Virus record (IMG/VR): IMGVR_UViG_3300032294_002470
Coordinates: 1 to 52,793 of that record
Length of the DNA stretch: 52,793 nucleotides
Strand: one strand, 5' to 3'
Source of the DNA: a virus
Lineage: Duplodnaviria; Caudoviricetes
Shown here: positions 25,118-34,705 of the stretch, piece after piece
Layout of the letters: the number at the start of each line of letters is the position of its first letter
Numbering within the stretch: position 1 is the stretch's first letter
The notes under the pieces: generated by a model
What the model was told of the DNA's origin: nothing
Seen by the model: only the letters and a program-made list of their open reading frames with translations
The model's database searches: none
Made by a program: the position numbers and the translations under genes

Positions 25118-25801
25118 TTATACTAAATCTTGAGAATTTGGTTCAACGTCTATCGTGTATGGAGTTTCGTATCGAAGTTCGTACTTTAACGTAACCATTG
25201 ATGCATTTATGAAAACTGTTCCATCGATCTCTTCCTTGCCTCTAGCCTCATGAATGTGGCCAAAGACATGAACTTTAGGTTTTACTTGCTTGACCTTATT
25301 CAATAGAGTCGGACAGCCGACATGGTCACGATCGTATTCGGTGAAATCTAATATTCCATTTGGCGGGCCGTGAGTTATCAAGACATCGATGCCTTCTGGA
25401 ATCAAGTCCCAATGCGGTTTAATTTCATGTGGATATCGATTGAATGCCCAGTTATGAAAGTACGGCGTGATTGGACTACCCCAAAACTTTATGCCCTCAA
25501 TTGTTACTCCGCTATCGTTTAGATAAGTAATTCCCGGATACTCAGCAATCAAGGCCGCAACCTCCTCAGGTTTGGCCACTTCAAAAAAGAAGTCATGATT
25601 GCCTGAGATTAGAATCTTATGAGCGTACGGTAATTTACTAAACCAGTCAAGAAACTGTCGAATCTCAGATTCGGTGCCTCGACCGCTAACGTTGCCTGCG
25701 TGCACCAAAATCGGGCCTCCTGGTAGAAGATCATTCATGTCTCTGCGGTCCTGAGCATCTCTCACCAGCCAGTGAGTGTCAGATATGAAAGTTATTTGCA
25801 T
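25118..25801 (-). CDS. Metallophosphoesterase (MPPED-like)
   Basis: ISDTH, HAGN (usually HAGD), GNHD, THGPP, FGHIHE. Confidence 0.88.
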   Translation of the reverse strand: MQITFISDTHWLVRDAQDRRDMNDLLPGGPILVHAGNVSGRGTESEIRQFLDWFSKLPYAHKILISGNHDFFFEVAKPEEVAALIAEYPGITYLNDSGVTIEGIKFWGSPITPYFHNWAFNRYPHEIKPHWDLIPEGIDVLITHGPPNGILDFTEYDRDHVGCPTLLNKVKQVKPKVHVFGHIHEARGKEEIDGTVFINASMVTLKYELRYETPYTIDVEPNSQDLV

Positions 25802-26076
25802 TAGTCTTTCAGATTTTCGATTATTTCTTTAATTTTAGCATGAGGTAGAATTCCGGTTCTACGATCAACCTCATCCCCGTTCTTTTCAAATACTAGCGTA
25901 GGAATCGAACGAATTCCAAACTTGGCTGCAATTTCCGAGTCTTCATCGACGTTCACCTTTTTGATTTGAACTTCGCTATCCGGAACATTATATTCCTCTG
26001 CTAGTTTTTCAATTGTTGGCATTAGCATTGTGCAAGGGCCACACCATGGAGCCCAGTAGTCAGTTACGGTTATCAT
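25801..26076 (-). CDS. Thioredoxin
   Basis: WCGPC, SIPT. Confidence 0.93.
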   Translation of the reverse strand: MITVTDYWAPWCGPCTMLMPTIEKLAEEYNVPDSEVQIKKVNVDEDSEIAAKFGIRSIPTLVFEKNGDEVDRRTGILPHAKIKEIIENLKD

Positions 26077-26300
26077 TTAATTTGATTTTTTTGATCCTTT
26101 AATTGGAATTGTTCGTTTACGTGATTGCAGTTCGAGCATGCAAACGCAGGAATTGGCACGATCATGTCTTCCGGAGCACCGGTCAATAATCGAGAAATAC
26201 GTCTAAGGTAAGTAACCTCCTTGAATGTTTGGCTTCCGCACTCGTCACAGACAATTGCTGTTGAGTTTTCCAAGCCAACCTTAATGTTAGATTGATCCAT
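26073..26300 (-). CDS. Zn-ribbon protein
   Basis: CDEC...CSNC. Confidence 0.75.
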   Translation of the reverse strand: MDQSNIKVGLENSTAIVCDECGSQTFKEVTYLRRISRLLTGAPEDMIVPIPAFACSNCNHVNEQFQLKDQKNQIK

Positions 26301-26394
26301 GAATAGAATTTTAGACTATTCTACTCAATTTCCCTCAATTGGTTTAGTTGTGGGCATCTTTTTTACGACTTTTTTGTCATTTATATAAAACAAC

Positions 26395-26420
26395 TCTGCC
26401 CGAACCTAGGTTCGGGCAGA
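26395..26420. terminator. Perfect 26-bp palindrome, probable terminator
   Basis: TCTGCCCGAACCTAGGTTCGGGCAGA downstream of lipoprotein gene. Confidence 0.55.
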
Positions 26421-26444
26421 AATAGTCGTAAAAAGTTTAACTGA

Positions 26445-26618
26445 TTACTCTGAGCAACAAGCAGTATCGGCCTTGATACTAGTAGTATCAACTGCAGTTG
26501 CAGTCGTGTCAACCTGTGTAGTGTCTTGGCTAGTTGAAGTTGCCTCAGTCGTAGTATTTTGACAGCTTGTCAAAGCTACAGCGAAGATCATTGCGATCGC
26601 GAAAAATAGATTTTTCAT
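26445..26618 (-). CDS. Small lipoprotein (not in ORF track)
   Basis: MKNLFFAIAMIFAVALTSC + T/D-rich tail, Bacteroidota-style. Confidence 0.75.
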   Translation of the reverse strand: MKNLFFAIAMIFAVALTSCQNTTTEATSTSQDTTQVDTTATAVDTTSIKADTACCSE

Positions 26619-26657
26619 GTCTGTGTGTATTTTTTTATTTTAAAGATATTTATTATA

Positions 26658-27062
26658 CTACTTTTTAGGTCGAAGTTTCCCTAGAACGAATCTACGAGCC
26701 TCAAGTTTATCTCTTTTAGCTCGATTATTGCATGTTATCTCATAGGGATGATTCTCGTAACTGTTTCGATATTCTAGGTATTTGCACATGTCCTGAGTAA
26801 AATGAGTGTATTCATGAATCACAGTCCCACACCATTCTAATAGAGAGCGATGGTTCTTTGGATTAATCACAATCTCGTTAGGATAAGGAAAATATTGACC
26901 TAGACTATCAAGCGTTAAATCTAATCTAATTTTTAGAGTCTTAATGTTTTGATAATGACTTGGTCCGTATTTTTCTTTACACCAATTGAGAAGAAGACTT
27001 GCGCTTCGCTTATTAATGTAGGGGCTCATACCGGGTTTATTTATTAGACCGTTTAGGTCCAT
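26658..27062 (-). CDS. HExxH zincin-like protein
   Basis: VIHEYTH...HPYE. Confidence 0.7.
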   Translation of the reverse strand: MDLNGLINKPGMSPYINKRSASLLLNWCKEKYGPSHYQNIKTLKIRLDLTLDSLGQYFPYPNEIVINPKNHRSLLEWCGTVIHEYTHFTQDMCKYLEYRNSYENHPYEITCNNRAKRDKLEARRFVLGKLRPKK

Positions 27063-27096
27063 GCAGTTCTAATAAATAACAAAAAAAATCATACTT

Positions 27097-27921
27097 ATGT
27101 TACTAAAAAATGGATCTTCAGGAGCTGAAGTTAAACAGCTTCAGGAAAAACTTGGTCTTACAGCAGACGGTCAATTTGGACCAGGCACTGAGGCTAAGGT
27201 AAAAGAATGGCAAGCTGCTAACGGCCTATCTGCTGATGGTATTGTCGGCCCAGCCTCTTGGTCAAAATTAATGGGAGCAGCCCCAGCTCAAGCAGCAGCC
27301 CCAGTTGCAATCCCAGCTAGTAATTTTAAACTAGCTAATCTAAAAGGTCATATCCCTGAGGCAGTTATTGCTCAAATCCCGGACACAGCCGCTAAATTCA
27401 ATATTACAACCCCATTGCGTTTAGCTCATTTCTTGGCACAATGTGGTCATGAATCAGCTGGATTTAAAGCTGTATCTGAAAATTTAAACTATTCTGCAGA
27501 TGGATTAGTTAAAATATTTGGAAAGTATTTCAACGCATCAACAGCAGCAGGTTATGCTCGTAACCCTGAAAAGATTGCAAACAAAGTATACTCATCAAGA
27601 ATGGGTAATGGAAATGAAGCATCTGGTGAGGGTTGGAAACATAGAGGTCGTGGATACATCCAATTAACTGGTAAAGACAACTACAAAGCATTTGATGCAA
27701 CGGTAGAAGACGATATCTTAGCAAACCCAGATCTAGTAGCTACTAAATATCCTTTAGCATCAGCTGCATTCTTCTTTAACAAAAACGGATTGTGGGCTAT
27801 TTGTGATAAAGGAGCCGACGATGCTACCGTGACGGCTGTTACTAAACGAGTTAACGGCGGAACTATCGGATTGGCTGATCGCTTAAAACACTTTAAAGAG
27901 TATTACGCGCTATTAAAATAA
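27097..27921 (+). CDS. Endolysin: peptidoglycan-binding domain + glycoside hydrolase family 19
   Basis: DGQFGPGT/DGIVGP, HFLAQCGHES, RGRGYIQLTG, VNGG. Confidence 0.92.
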   Translation: MLLKNGSSGAEVKQLQEKLGLTADGQFGPGTEAKVKEWQAANGLSADGIVGPASWSKLMGAAPAQAAAPVAIPASNFKLANLKGHIPEAVIAQIPDTAAKFNITTPLRLAHFLAQCGHESAGFKAVSENLNYSADGLVKIFGKYFNASTAAGYARNPEKIANKVYSSRMGNGNEASGEGWKHRGRGYIQLTGKDNYKAFDATVEDDILANPDLVATKYPLASAAFFFNKNGLWAICDKGADDATVTAVTKRVNGGTIGLADRLKHFKEYYALLK

Positions 27922-27931
27922 CGATTAGGCA

Positions 27932-28096
27932 ATGCCAGCACAACCACAACCGAGGAGAATAATACCAGCGAAAGCAGTTGGAGAAATATTTACAGCGTTA
28001 AGCAAAAGACAATCTAATTGGCTACTTTGCAACGGTTCGACTTACGATGTTGCGACCTACATAGTCGTTGCTTCAGTTGGAAATTACATTGTCTAA
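27932..28096 (+). pseudogene. Tail-collar domain fragment
   Basis: 54 aa ORF with VGEI...WLLCNGSTYDVATY then early stop. Confidence 0.45.
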
Positions 28097-28119
28097 TTTG
28101 CTCAAAAATGTCGCTTTGA

Positions 28120-28296
28120 CTATTTAAACTCAATGGAGTTTTTCTCAATGAATTCAATGAAAGCAGCTTCGGCTGCTTTTTTTGTCGTAAAAGGACCATC
28201 AACCAGGATTTGGTCAAATGCAGTTGGATCAGTTACTTCAAATTCTCCGTTAAGTGTTTCATAAATGAAAGAGTCTAGGATTTCTTGGGTTATCAT
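28120..28296 (-). CDS. Hypothetical protein (58 aa, not in ORF track)
   Basis: MITQEILDSFIYETLNGEFEV... directly after prs. Confidence 0.6.
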   Translation of the reverse strand: MITQEILDSFIYETLNGEFEVTDPTAFDQILVDGPFTTKKAAEAAFIEFIEKNSIEFK

Positions 28297-28300
28297 GTGA

Positions 28301-29254
28301 CTATATTTTTGCTAAGTGATTGTCCATTGAGATTGAATTAACTATTGCTTCGATTGCAGCTGCAATTGCTGGAGCACAGCTTACGACCTGGATCTTGGGA
28401 TTCGAGATTTGCTCAATGGTGTCAGTAATGATTAGCTTGTCAAGATCAGTTGAACCTGCAATTCTTTCGTGACCGACTCCTGAGAGTACTCCATGCGAGA
28501 TTACGGCAGTTACCTTTTTTGCACCGCCTTCTTTTAAGAGTCGAGCTGCATTAACTAAGGTTCCACCGGTGTCTATCATATCATCAACTAAGATCACGTG
28601 GCGATCCTTAACGTCTCCAATTAGGTCCATTCTCTCAATTGAGTTGGGTTTATCTCTTAATTTTGATAGCATTGCAAAATGAGTGTCCGCGAACTTATGT
28701 AGAAACTTCTGATAAAAACGGCTTGCTCTTTTTACTCCACCTGCATCTGGTGAACAGATACAATAATCATCAGTGGCGATTGTCCTAATGAATGGAGCGA
28801 ATGCTACATGGCCAGGAATCATGTTTACTGGAATGTCAAAGAAACCTTGAATCTGTTCTGCATGAAGATCAATTGAAATGATTCGGCTTGCTCCAGCCGT
28901 TTGTAAAAGATCGGCCATTAATTTTGCACCGATTGCTCCGCGCATGCCTTCCTTACGGTCCTGTCTTGAGTAGCCGAAGTATGGCAATACTACTATTACT
29001 TCAGAAACGGATGCACGTTTTGCCGCATCAATTGAGAGTAATAGGGTCAGCATTTTTTCAGAAGAGGTTGTGCTTGAGACCAGGAAAACCTTCTTGTCCC
29101 TAACCGACTCCATGAATTGTGGGCTAATCTCGCCATCAGAAAAGGTGTCCACCTTAAATTTGCCTAGGATTTGATCGTAGTTGTCAGCGTCCAATTGGAT
29201 TGCGATGTTTGTGGCCAGATTAGAGCCATCGATTGAGAAAATTTTATAATTCAT
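28301..29254 (-). CDS. prs: Ribose-phosphate pyrophosphokinase
   Basis: FSDGE, PYFGYSRQDR, DLHAEQIQGFF, SPDAGG, VDDMIDTGGT. Confidence 0.96.
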   Translation of the reverse strand: MNYKIFSIDGSNLATNIAIQLDADNYDQILGKFKVDTFSDGEISPQFMESVRDKKVFLVSSTTSSEKMLTLLLSIDAAKRASVSEVIVVLPYFGYSRQDRKEGMRGAIGAKLMADLLQTAGASRIISIDLHAEQIQGFFDIPVNMIPGHVAFAPFIRTIATDDYCICSPDAGGVKRASRFYQKFLHKFADTHFAMLSKLRDKPNSIERMDLIGDVKDRHVILVDDMIDTGGTLVNAARLLKEGGAKKVTAVISHGVLSGVGHERIAGSTDLDKLIITDTIEQISNPKIQVVSCAPAIAAAIEAIVNSISMDNHLAKI

Positions 29255-29715
29255 TATTGCTTTTTAGAATGAGTTTTCTTTGTAATCATTTCTTCTGGCG
29301 TGAGCAGTGCTCTGCCGTATTCTTTCATGCGCTCAATGTATCTCTCCTTGACTCTTTCACTAATCGCAAGCGGTGTACCTTCATCGTCAATTCTTACGAA
29401 CTTGATATTGGTATGAGTGACCACTGTCTGAAGTCCAGTGTAAACGTTGTGCTTACGAACCTCAATGTAGAGAGTAACTGAGGTTTTTCCGAAATCCTTG
29501 ACCTCACCGTAAACTTTTAGGATATTACCGACCTTTACTGGTTTTGCAAAGATGAGCTCATCTATTTTTAGGGTAACGACTCTCTGAGTATCGCAGATTT
29601 GAGATGCGTAGCTAGCAGAGGCATCGTCTATTACTGAAAGGATTAGTCCGCCGAACATGGTATCATGAACTCCGATCTCGCTCTGTTTACAAATATGAGT
29701 TGTAATAAGTTCCAT
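29254..29715 (-). CDS. Acyl-CoA thioesterase (hotdog fold)
   Basis: MFGGLILSVID, FAKPVKVG, FVRID. Confidence 0.85.
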   Translation of the reverse strand: MELITTHICKQSEIGVHDTMFGGLILSVIDDASASYASQICDTQRVVTLKIDELIFAKPVKVGNILKVYGEVKDFGKTSVTLYIEVRKHNVYTGLQTVVTHTNIKFVRIDDEGTPLAISERVKERYIERMKEYGRALLTPEEMITKKTHSKKQ

Positions 29716-30419
29716 TATTTGTTCTTTCTTTTTTTAGCAGTCATTTCTTCCTTTTTCATATCGGCTATTTTAACTCCATATTTTTCAACCCATATATTGT
29801 AAACGGATTTTCCATACATTGGATTTTTATTACCTGAGAAATCAATTTTACTCATTGGATTATTTTTACCTCTAATATCTCTAGTCTCAGCTGCTTCTTT
29901 TAATTTGATCTTATGCTCTTCTGTAAATATTTTACCCTTATTTGATTCGCTTATTTTCTTTTTGGTTTCGTCTGAATGAGTTTTTCCTTGAAGTGGAGCA
30001 ATTCCTCCATTTTCATAATACTTATTTAAACCTTTACTAATTCCAACTTTATTTTTTTCAGATAATGGAAGACCTTTAGTTTTTCCAGTTCTATTATCTG
30101 AGATATTTTTTTTCCACTGATTAATTTCTTCAATTGTTAAGTATTCTCTAATATCTCCGCCTTGACCGCCTTCATGTACATTGTAAAAGTCTCGTCTATT
30201 TACTGCATCCATTTTTTCAATCCAATATTTTTCTCGACTTAATAAAATTTCACGAGTTTTGCAAGTTTCAAGAATTTCCTTTTTAAAATTAGTCCTTCCG
30301 TATTTTTTAATAGCGATCTTTATATACTTCCCTGATCCAAAATAATTAGGATTATCAATTGAGTCTATTCCAATGTATTTTTTTCCGTTAATTAAATTAG
30401 TTACTAAATATACTAGCAT
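29715..30419 (-). CDS. GIY-YIG homing endonuclease with NUMOD3 repeats
   Basis: VYLVTNLINGKKYIG, YFGSG, HSDETKKKIS, NPMYG. Confidence 0.9.
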   Translation of the reverse strand: MLVYLVTNLINGKKYIGIDSIDNPNYFGSGKYIKIAIKKYGRTNFKKEILETCKTREILLSREKYWIEKMDAVNRRDFYNVHEGGQGGDIREYLTIEEINQWKKNISDNRTGKTKGLPLSEKNKVGISKGLNKYYENGGIAPLQGKTHSDETKKKISESNKGKIFTEEHKIKLKEAAETRDIRGKNNPMSKIDFSGNKNPMYGKSVYNIWVEKYGVKIADMKKEEMTAKKRKNK

Positions 30420-30469
30420 ACGATGAATTATTTTTAATTTATTTATCCACCATACAAGTTAAGGTTAAA

Positions 30470-31021
30470 TTAGTTCCATGCTTCTTCTATGCGGTCGCCG
30501 CCTGGTTTTGAGTAAACGATTTTGTTTGGATTTACTTCATACGTTTTATTATTGAATTTCTCAACGTATTTCTTGCCCATTCCAGATTTCAAGTAACCTA
30601 TCGTCGCGTGAGGATGATAGTCTGGAAAATTGGTGGTGTGAGGTAGTTCACAAAGCTTGGCATTAATTTCATATAGTGCCGAGTTCTGCACATCGAACTT
30701 AAGTACATCATAGTTCTCATTTTCAAATAGGGAAGCATTGACTAACATTAGCGGGCCTATTGGTTGAGACCTGCAAATGTCCATTACAGTATCATCATCA
30801 ATTTCGTTTGAGTGTAGTCCGTAAAGTAGAGTGGTATGAGGTTCGTCCTCTAATCCAAAAGATCGATCGCCCTCTTCGGTATAAACGTCGTCTAAATCTA
30901 TTTCAGAATGAAATTCCTGCATTTGTGGAAAATCGAAATACACCATGGCACAGCCATAGGAATGAGAATCGCCCTTCTTTTCAAAAAGACCTGCGATGAA
31001 TTGTGTGAATGATTTTATCAT
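30470..31021 (-). CDS. 2H phosphoesterase, T4 57B/Acb1-like
   Basis: EPHTTLLYG and YHPHATIGY HxT motifs. Confidence 0.8.
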   Translation of the reverse strand: MIKSFTQFIAGLFEKKGDSHSYGCAMVYFDFPQMQEFHSEIDLDDVYTEEGDRSFGLEDEPHTTLLYGLHSNEIDDDTVMDICRSQPIGPLMLVNASLFENENYDVLKFDVQNSALYEINAKLCELPHTTNFPDYHPHATIGYLKSGMGKKYVEKFNNKTYEVNPNKIVYSKPGGDRIEEAWN

Positions 31022-31024
31022 AGG

Positions 31025-31408
31025 TTAAGCGGTTTTACGGGTTAAACTTTCTGAATCTAGGTATTCTTCGTAGAGTTCGCCTATTTTACACGAGCCGTCC
31101 TGTCTGAATACGACTAATGCATTTTCCAATTTAGGAGATTCTTCATTCTCGAATCTAGCATCCATCTCATAAAGAACATAAACATCGGTCTCTAATAGTC
31201 TAGCTAGTTCAGATAGTTCTTCGCGACTTAGAGTTAAGTCAACATCGCCGTACCAGATCTTTCCTTCGTTCTTGGTGCAGACGTTTGCATTGAATACTGC
31301 AAGGTTTTTTGGATTGCGATTTCGATAGTTACTCTTTGAACCGGAAATCATTCGACCGTTCATGCCTAATATTTTACTGGCAGTTTCTTTAAATATTTTC
31401 ATTTTCAA
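31025..31408 (-). CDS. Hypothetical phage protein
   Basis: 127 aa ORF. Confidence 0.75.
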   Translation of the reverse strand: MKMKIFKETASKILGMNGRMISGSKSNYRNRNPKNLAVFNANVCTKNEGKIWYGDVDLTLSREELSELARLLETDVYVLYEMDARFENEESPKLENALVVFRQDGSCKIGELYEEYLDSESLTRKTA

Positions 31409-31547
31409 TTATTTCCTTTAATCGTTTAATTTCTTCAATAACGTCATCTCCTAATTCAATCTTTGACATCATAGTCAAATCAACTATTTGAGATTCGTAC
31501 AATTCGATCAATTGATCCTTTGCTGTTTGTATATTCATAAGTTTATT

Positions 31548-32909
31548 TTACTTTAATGTGGTTTTAAGGTTTTTCTTTAGTTCAACTAAATCTTCTCTGT
31601 ACATATCAATCGGCTCCTTCTTTTTAATCTCAGCCAATTCAGCCTTCTTTTCAGCAACCTCTTTTAAGAGCTGCTCGTAAGTCTCTTTAGTTAATGAATG
31701 AATCGGCATGTTCAATAGGTAATTATACGATCCATTAACCTCATCAAAACCTGCGGTCTGTAAGTAACTAACGATTTCTTTACGAGGAACATTATTGATC
31801 TTTAGTTTACCATCAATGATTAACTTTACGAACTTCGCTCTGTTTGATAAGTAGACCAATTCTTCGCCGTATTTCTTTATTAGAAATGCCTTACGTTTTG
31901 AATAGAAACCTAATCTGAAATTAACGAAGTATTCCACCACCTGCGAAACATCTTCGAATATGATTAGCTTGCCCTTTTCGTTCAAGCACGTCAAGTTCTC
32001 AGTCTCAGTCTCAGTCATCTTTAGAGTCTGATCCAATTTACCCTTTGCGATTAAGTCGGCAAGAGTTGCTCTTGCGAATTTAATGGTGTAATTGATTCCA
32101 TCAGTTGAGTTATCTTCATAAGAGTAAATGATACCCCTGTCCTGTAAGGAATTAAGATGAGTCTCGTACTTCTGAAAGGTCATTGACGGCGGCAACTCTG
32201 TGATGTTGACAGTTGTCGTATTTTGAATCTCATAGACTCCACGCATTACGTACTGATTCGTTCCAGTAACGTTCTCAACTGGGCCAGAGTATTCCTTCCA
32301 CCAAGGCAGGAGCTTACCAATCTTTTTTCCATCAAGCACCTTTAGGCAAGAATCAACAAGATCAAGAGGATTTCTGTTTAGGATATTAGTAGCGAATCCT
32401 ACTGCAATTCCCGAACTACCGTTTAATAAAACGGTCGGAATGATTGGTAAAAAGAATTTGGGTTCAATCGTATTGCCCTCTTCTACCTGATTTTCCAATA
32501 GTTCAAAGTCTTTATACAAGAGTCTGAAATTACCGGTCAATTTAGTAGAGATGTAACGCGCAGCACCCGCTTCAGGCGATCTTAGGGAACCGAACTGGCC
32601 GATCTCTTCAAGTAAAGGTAGGGAATTCTTAAATGATTGTGCCATTCCAATGATTGCACCATTTAATGAGCCATCGCCATGATGATAATGAGCATCGGCT
32701 GCAATCTTTCCGCCTAACTGAAATATCTTTAGTGGCTTCTCATTGCCTGACCTCCAAACTTTATCAGCAATGTAAATGATCTTACGAGCCGTAGGTTTAA
32801 ATCCATCAATTACTGAGGGGATCGCTCGATTTTCTAACGTGTACATACCGTACATCGCGTAATCTTGATCGAGGTATTCAGTTACAGTTTTATTCTTTAA
32901 TTGAATCAT
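31548..32909 (-). CDS. DNA topoisomerase II medium subunit (T4 gp52-like)
   Basis: RAIPSVIDGFKP, YHHGD, GAARY catalytic Tyr, GIAVGFAT. Confidence 0.95.
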   Translation of the reverse strand: MIQLKNKTVTEYLDQDYAMYGMYTLENRAIPSVIDGFKPTARKIIYIADKVWRSGNEKPLKIFQLGGKIAADAHYHHGDGSLNGAIIGMAQSFKNSLPLLEEIGQFGSLRSPEAGAARYISTKLTGNFRLLYKDFELLENQVEEGNTIEPKFFLPIIPTVLLNGSSGIAVGFATNILNRNPLDLVDSCLKVLDGKKIGKLLPWWKEYSGPVENVTGTNQYVMRGVYEIQNTTTVNITELPPSMTFQKYETHLNSLQDRGIIYSYEDNSTDGINYTIKFARATLADLIAKGKLDQTLKMTETETENLTCLNEKGKLIIFEDVSQVVEYFVNFRLGFYSKRKAFLIKKYGEELVYLSNRAKFVKLIIDGKLKINNVPRKEIVSYLQTAGFDEVNGSYNYLLNMPIHSLTKETYEQLLKEVAEKKAELAEIKKKEPIDMYREDLVELKKNLKTTLK

Positions 32910-32923
32910 GTGTTATTAATATA

Positions 32924-33301
32924 CTAATTTAGGTCTAAACAGACCGTTGTTAAAAATCGATGGTCTTCAGGTAGAGTCAACAGATCTTTGATGTGATCGT
33001 CACAGGCCGCTTGGAATTTCTCAGGCTCACTATTACTCCAAAGAGTTACCTGATCGTAATGATTTAGCTTGGCCAGTCTAATCAGCTCAGCATAATCCTT
33101 ATCTCTTAAATGGCCCTTGAGCGGCATGAGTCCACCGACGCAAGTATTCCACTTGAGTTTGCGGCCGTTGTAGGTTATCCAATAGTAATCCATCTCATCT
33201 TCGCCGACCGCAACCAGTCTTTCGATTTCCCAGCAGGCATTGATTACGAACTGGCCTTTGAGCTTTTCAAACTCGGCAATAATTAGGGTTTTATTATCCA
33301 T
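32924..33301 (-). CDS. Hypothetical protein
   Basis: 125 aa ORF. Confidence 0.75.
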   Translation of the reverse strand: MDNKTLIIAEFEKLKGQFVINACWEIERLVAVGEDEMDYYWITYNGRKLKWNTCVGGLMPLKGHLRDKDYAELIRLAKLNHYDQVTLWSNSEPEKFQAACDDHIKDLLTLPEDHRFLTTVCLDLN

Positions 33302-33313
33302 CTATTTGAATTA

Positions 33314-33841
33314 TTATTTAAAAACGTAAACTAGAGTACCGCCCTTAACCAGGTCAATTATCTGCCGGTTAGTTTCATCAGGCGTTGCGAAACAGCCAGC
33401 AGACCAAGCAAATTCCATTTTCTTATTTGAATGGAAAATTATATTTCTGGAATAGGCATTTGAATTTTGAGATTCAAGTCCACGAACGTACATTGAATAA
33501 CCGAACTTTCCGTATTTCGTTCCGCCGGTAGTGTAAGCGCCTAGACTTGACTTTTCTGAACCTGGTACATTACTAAAATCGGTGGCATGAATTAATCCGC
33601 TATTATATGCATGACTTACTCTTGACGATATTACTATCCTTTTTTTGGCCATGTCAACAACGTAAAGTCGTTCGGATAAAATTGATTTAGAATAGTCAAT
33701 TATGACCACGTAATCTCGTTTTTTAACATCGTACTTTTTTGACATCTCGGTTGCTAAGTTAATGACTCTTGAGTCAGTATCACAAGAGAATCCCACGCAG
33801 GTCAATACGGCCAGCAAAAATACAATAGTAAATAATTTCAT
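33314..33841 (-). CDS. Murein L,D-transpeptidase-like (YkuD_2) lipoprotein
   Basis: IIDYSK, VSH, FSN...SSLG, IFH...SAGC. Confidence 0.82.
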   Translation of the reverse strand: MKLFTIVFLLAVLTCVGFSCDTDSRVINLATEMSKKYDVKKRDYVVIIDYSKSILSERLYVVDMAKKRIVISSRVSHAYNSGLIHATDFSNVPGSEKSSLGAYTTGGTKYGKFGYSMYVRGLESQNSNAYSRNIIFHSNKKMEFAWSAGCFATPDETNRQIIDLVKGGTLVYVFK

Positions 33842-33862
33842 ATAAAAAGTTTTTAATGGTGA

Positions 33863-34633
33863 TTAAATTTTACCAATGTCAAAAGTTATTGGAGTTTGGG
33901 CTGTTTTCCACAGCTGACTCACCAAGCTATTCTCGTTTGGTTTTTTATAATTTACCAATAATTCAATCGATTGTTTCTTATTGGCCGCCAACCAAGTACC
34001 GTAGAACTTTGCAAAATCTTCCATTTGATCGGTCAGGTCGATGCAGCCATGAGAACCGGCAAGGGATCCGCCGTGTACGTAAAAGCTTCCACGACCATAA
34101 GTCTCTGTTCCTGGCGCGATCTTGATTGGGGCCCTAAAGTTACCCCAACCTATTTTACTGTAAAGTGTGTCAGCCTGAAACGCTTTGCCAGCATCAGTCT
34201 TTGCGCTTGCAGTACCGGTAATTTGATTCCATAGAGCTTCAAGCGAACCAATTTCAGATTTATCACCCACTCGAGTTTCAATTCGACCGACCGTGTACTT
34301 TCCTGGTGGAATTGGACCGGCGTTTTTATCCTTGGACCATTCTTCTGGGCTCTTGACAAGACGGCTAATTAGTTTACCCCAATCTCCAGGAGGTGTGTTT
34401 CTCCAAGTCAAACCGCTAATTGCTTTCCATGCTTTAACGACAGCACCATTAACAATCCATTTTAATTGATCTCCATCAAATAGTAGTGAGGCGTTTGGTA
34501 TCAAGACCTGGTCCGTACCAACCTTCTTTTTAGCAACATCCTTGCCTGCTTGAGAGGTTGCCGCTAATGAGTCAGCTGCCTCAGCTATCAACTGCGAGGC
34601 TTTAAAATTGTTGAATGACATTATTTGATTCAT
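33863..34633 (-). CDS. DUF2778/Tlde1-like L,D-transpeptidase-fold protein
   Basis: GPIPPGKY, RGSFYVHGG..GSHGCI. Confidence 0.75.
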   Translation of the reverse strand: MNQIMSFNNFKASQLIAEAADSLAATSQAGKDVAKKKVGTDQVLIPNASLLFDGDQLKWIVNGAVVKAWKAISGLTWRNTPPGDWGKLISRLVKSPEEWSKDKNAGPIPPGKYTVGRIETRVGDKSEIGSLEALWNQITGTASAKTDAGKAFQADTLYSKIGWGNFRAPIKIAPGTETYGRGSFYVHGGSLAGSHGCIDLTDQMEDFAKFYGTWLAANKKQSIELLVNYKKPNENSLVSQLWKTAQTPITFDIGKI

Positions 34634-34705
34634 GGAAATCTGTATTTTTCAGGGTTATTTATCCACAGGTTTTACTAAAATCGATCAATCTAGTAAGCCG
34701 GTTTA

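Noticed and set aside
28014-28217. 67 aa ORF from the track
   Set aside because: The alternative frame 28120..28296 has an ATG coupled to prs and more plausible composition.
29715-30419. Group I intron around the GIY-YIG gene
   Set aside because: Flanking genes are intact and it has its own late-type promoter; appears free-standing.
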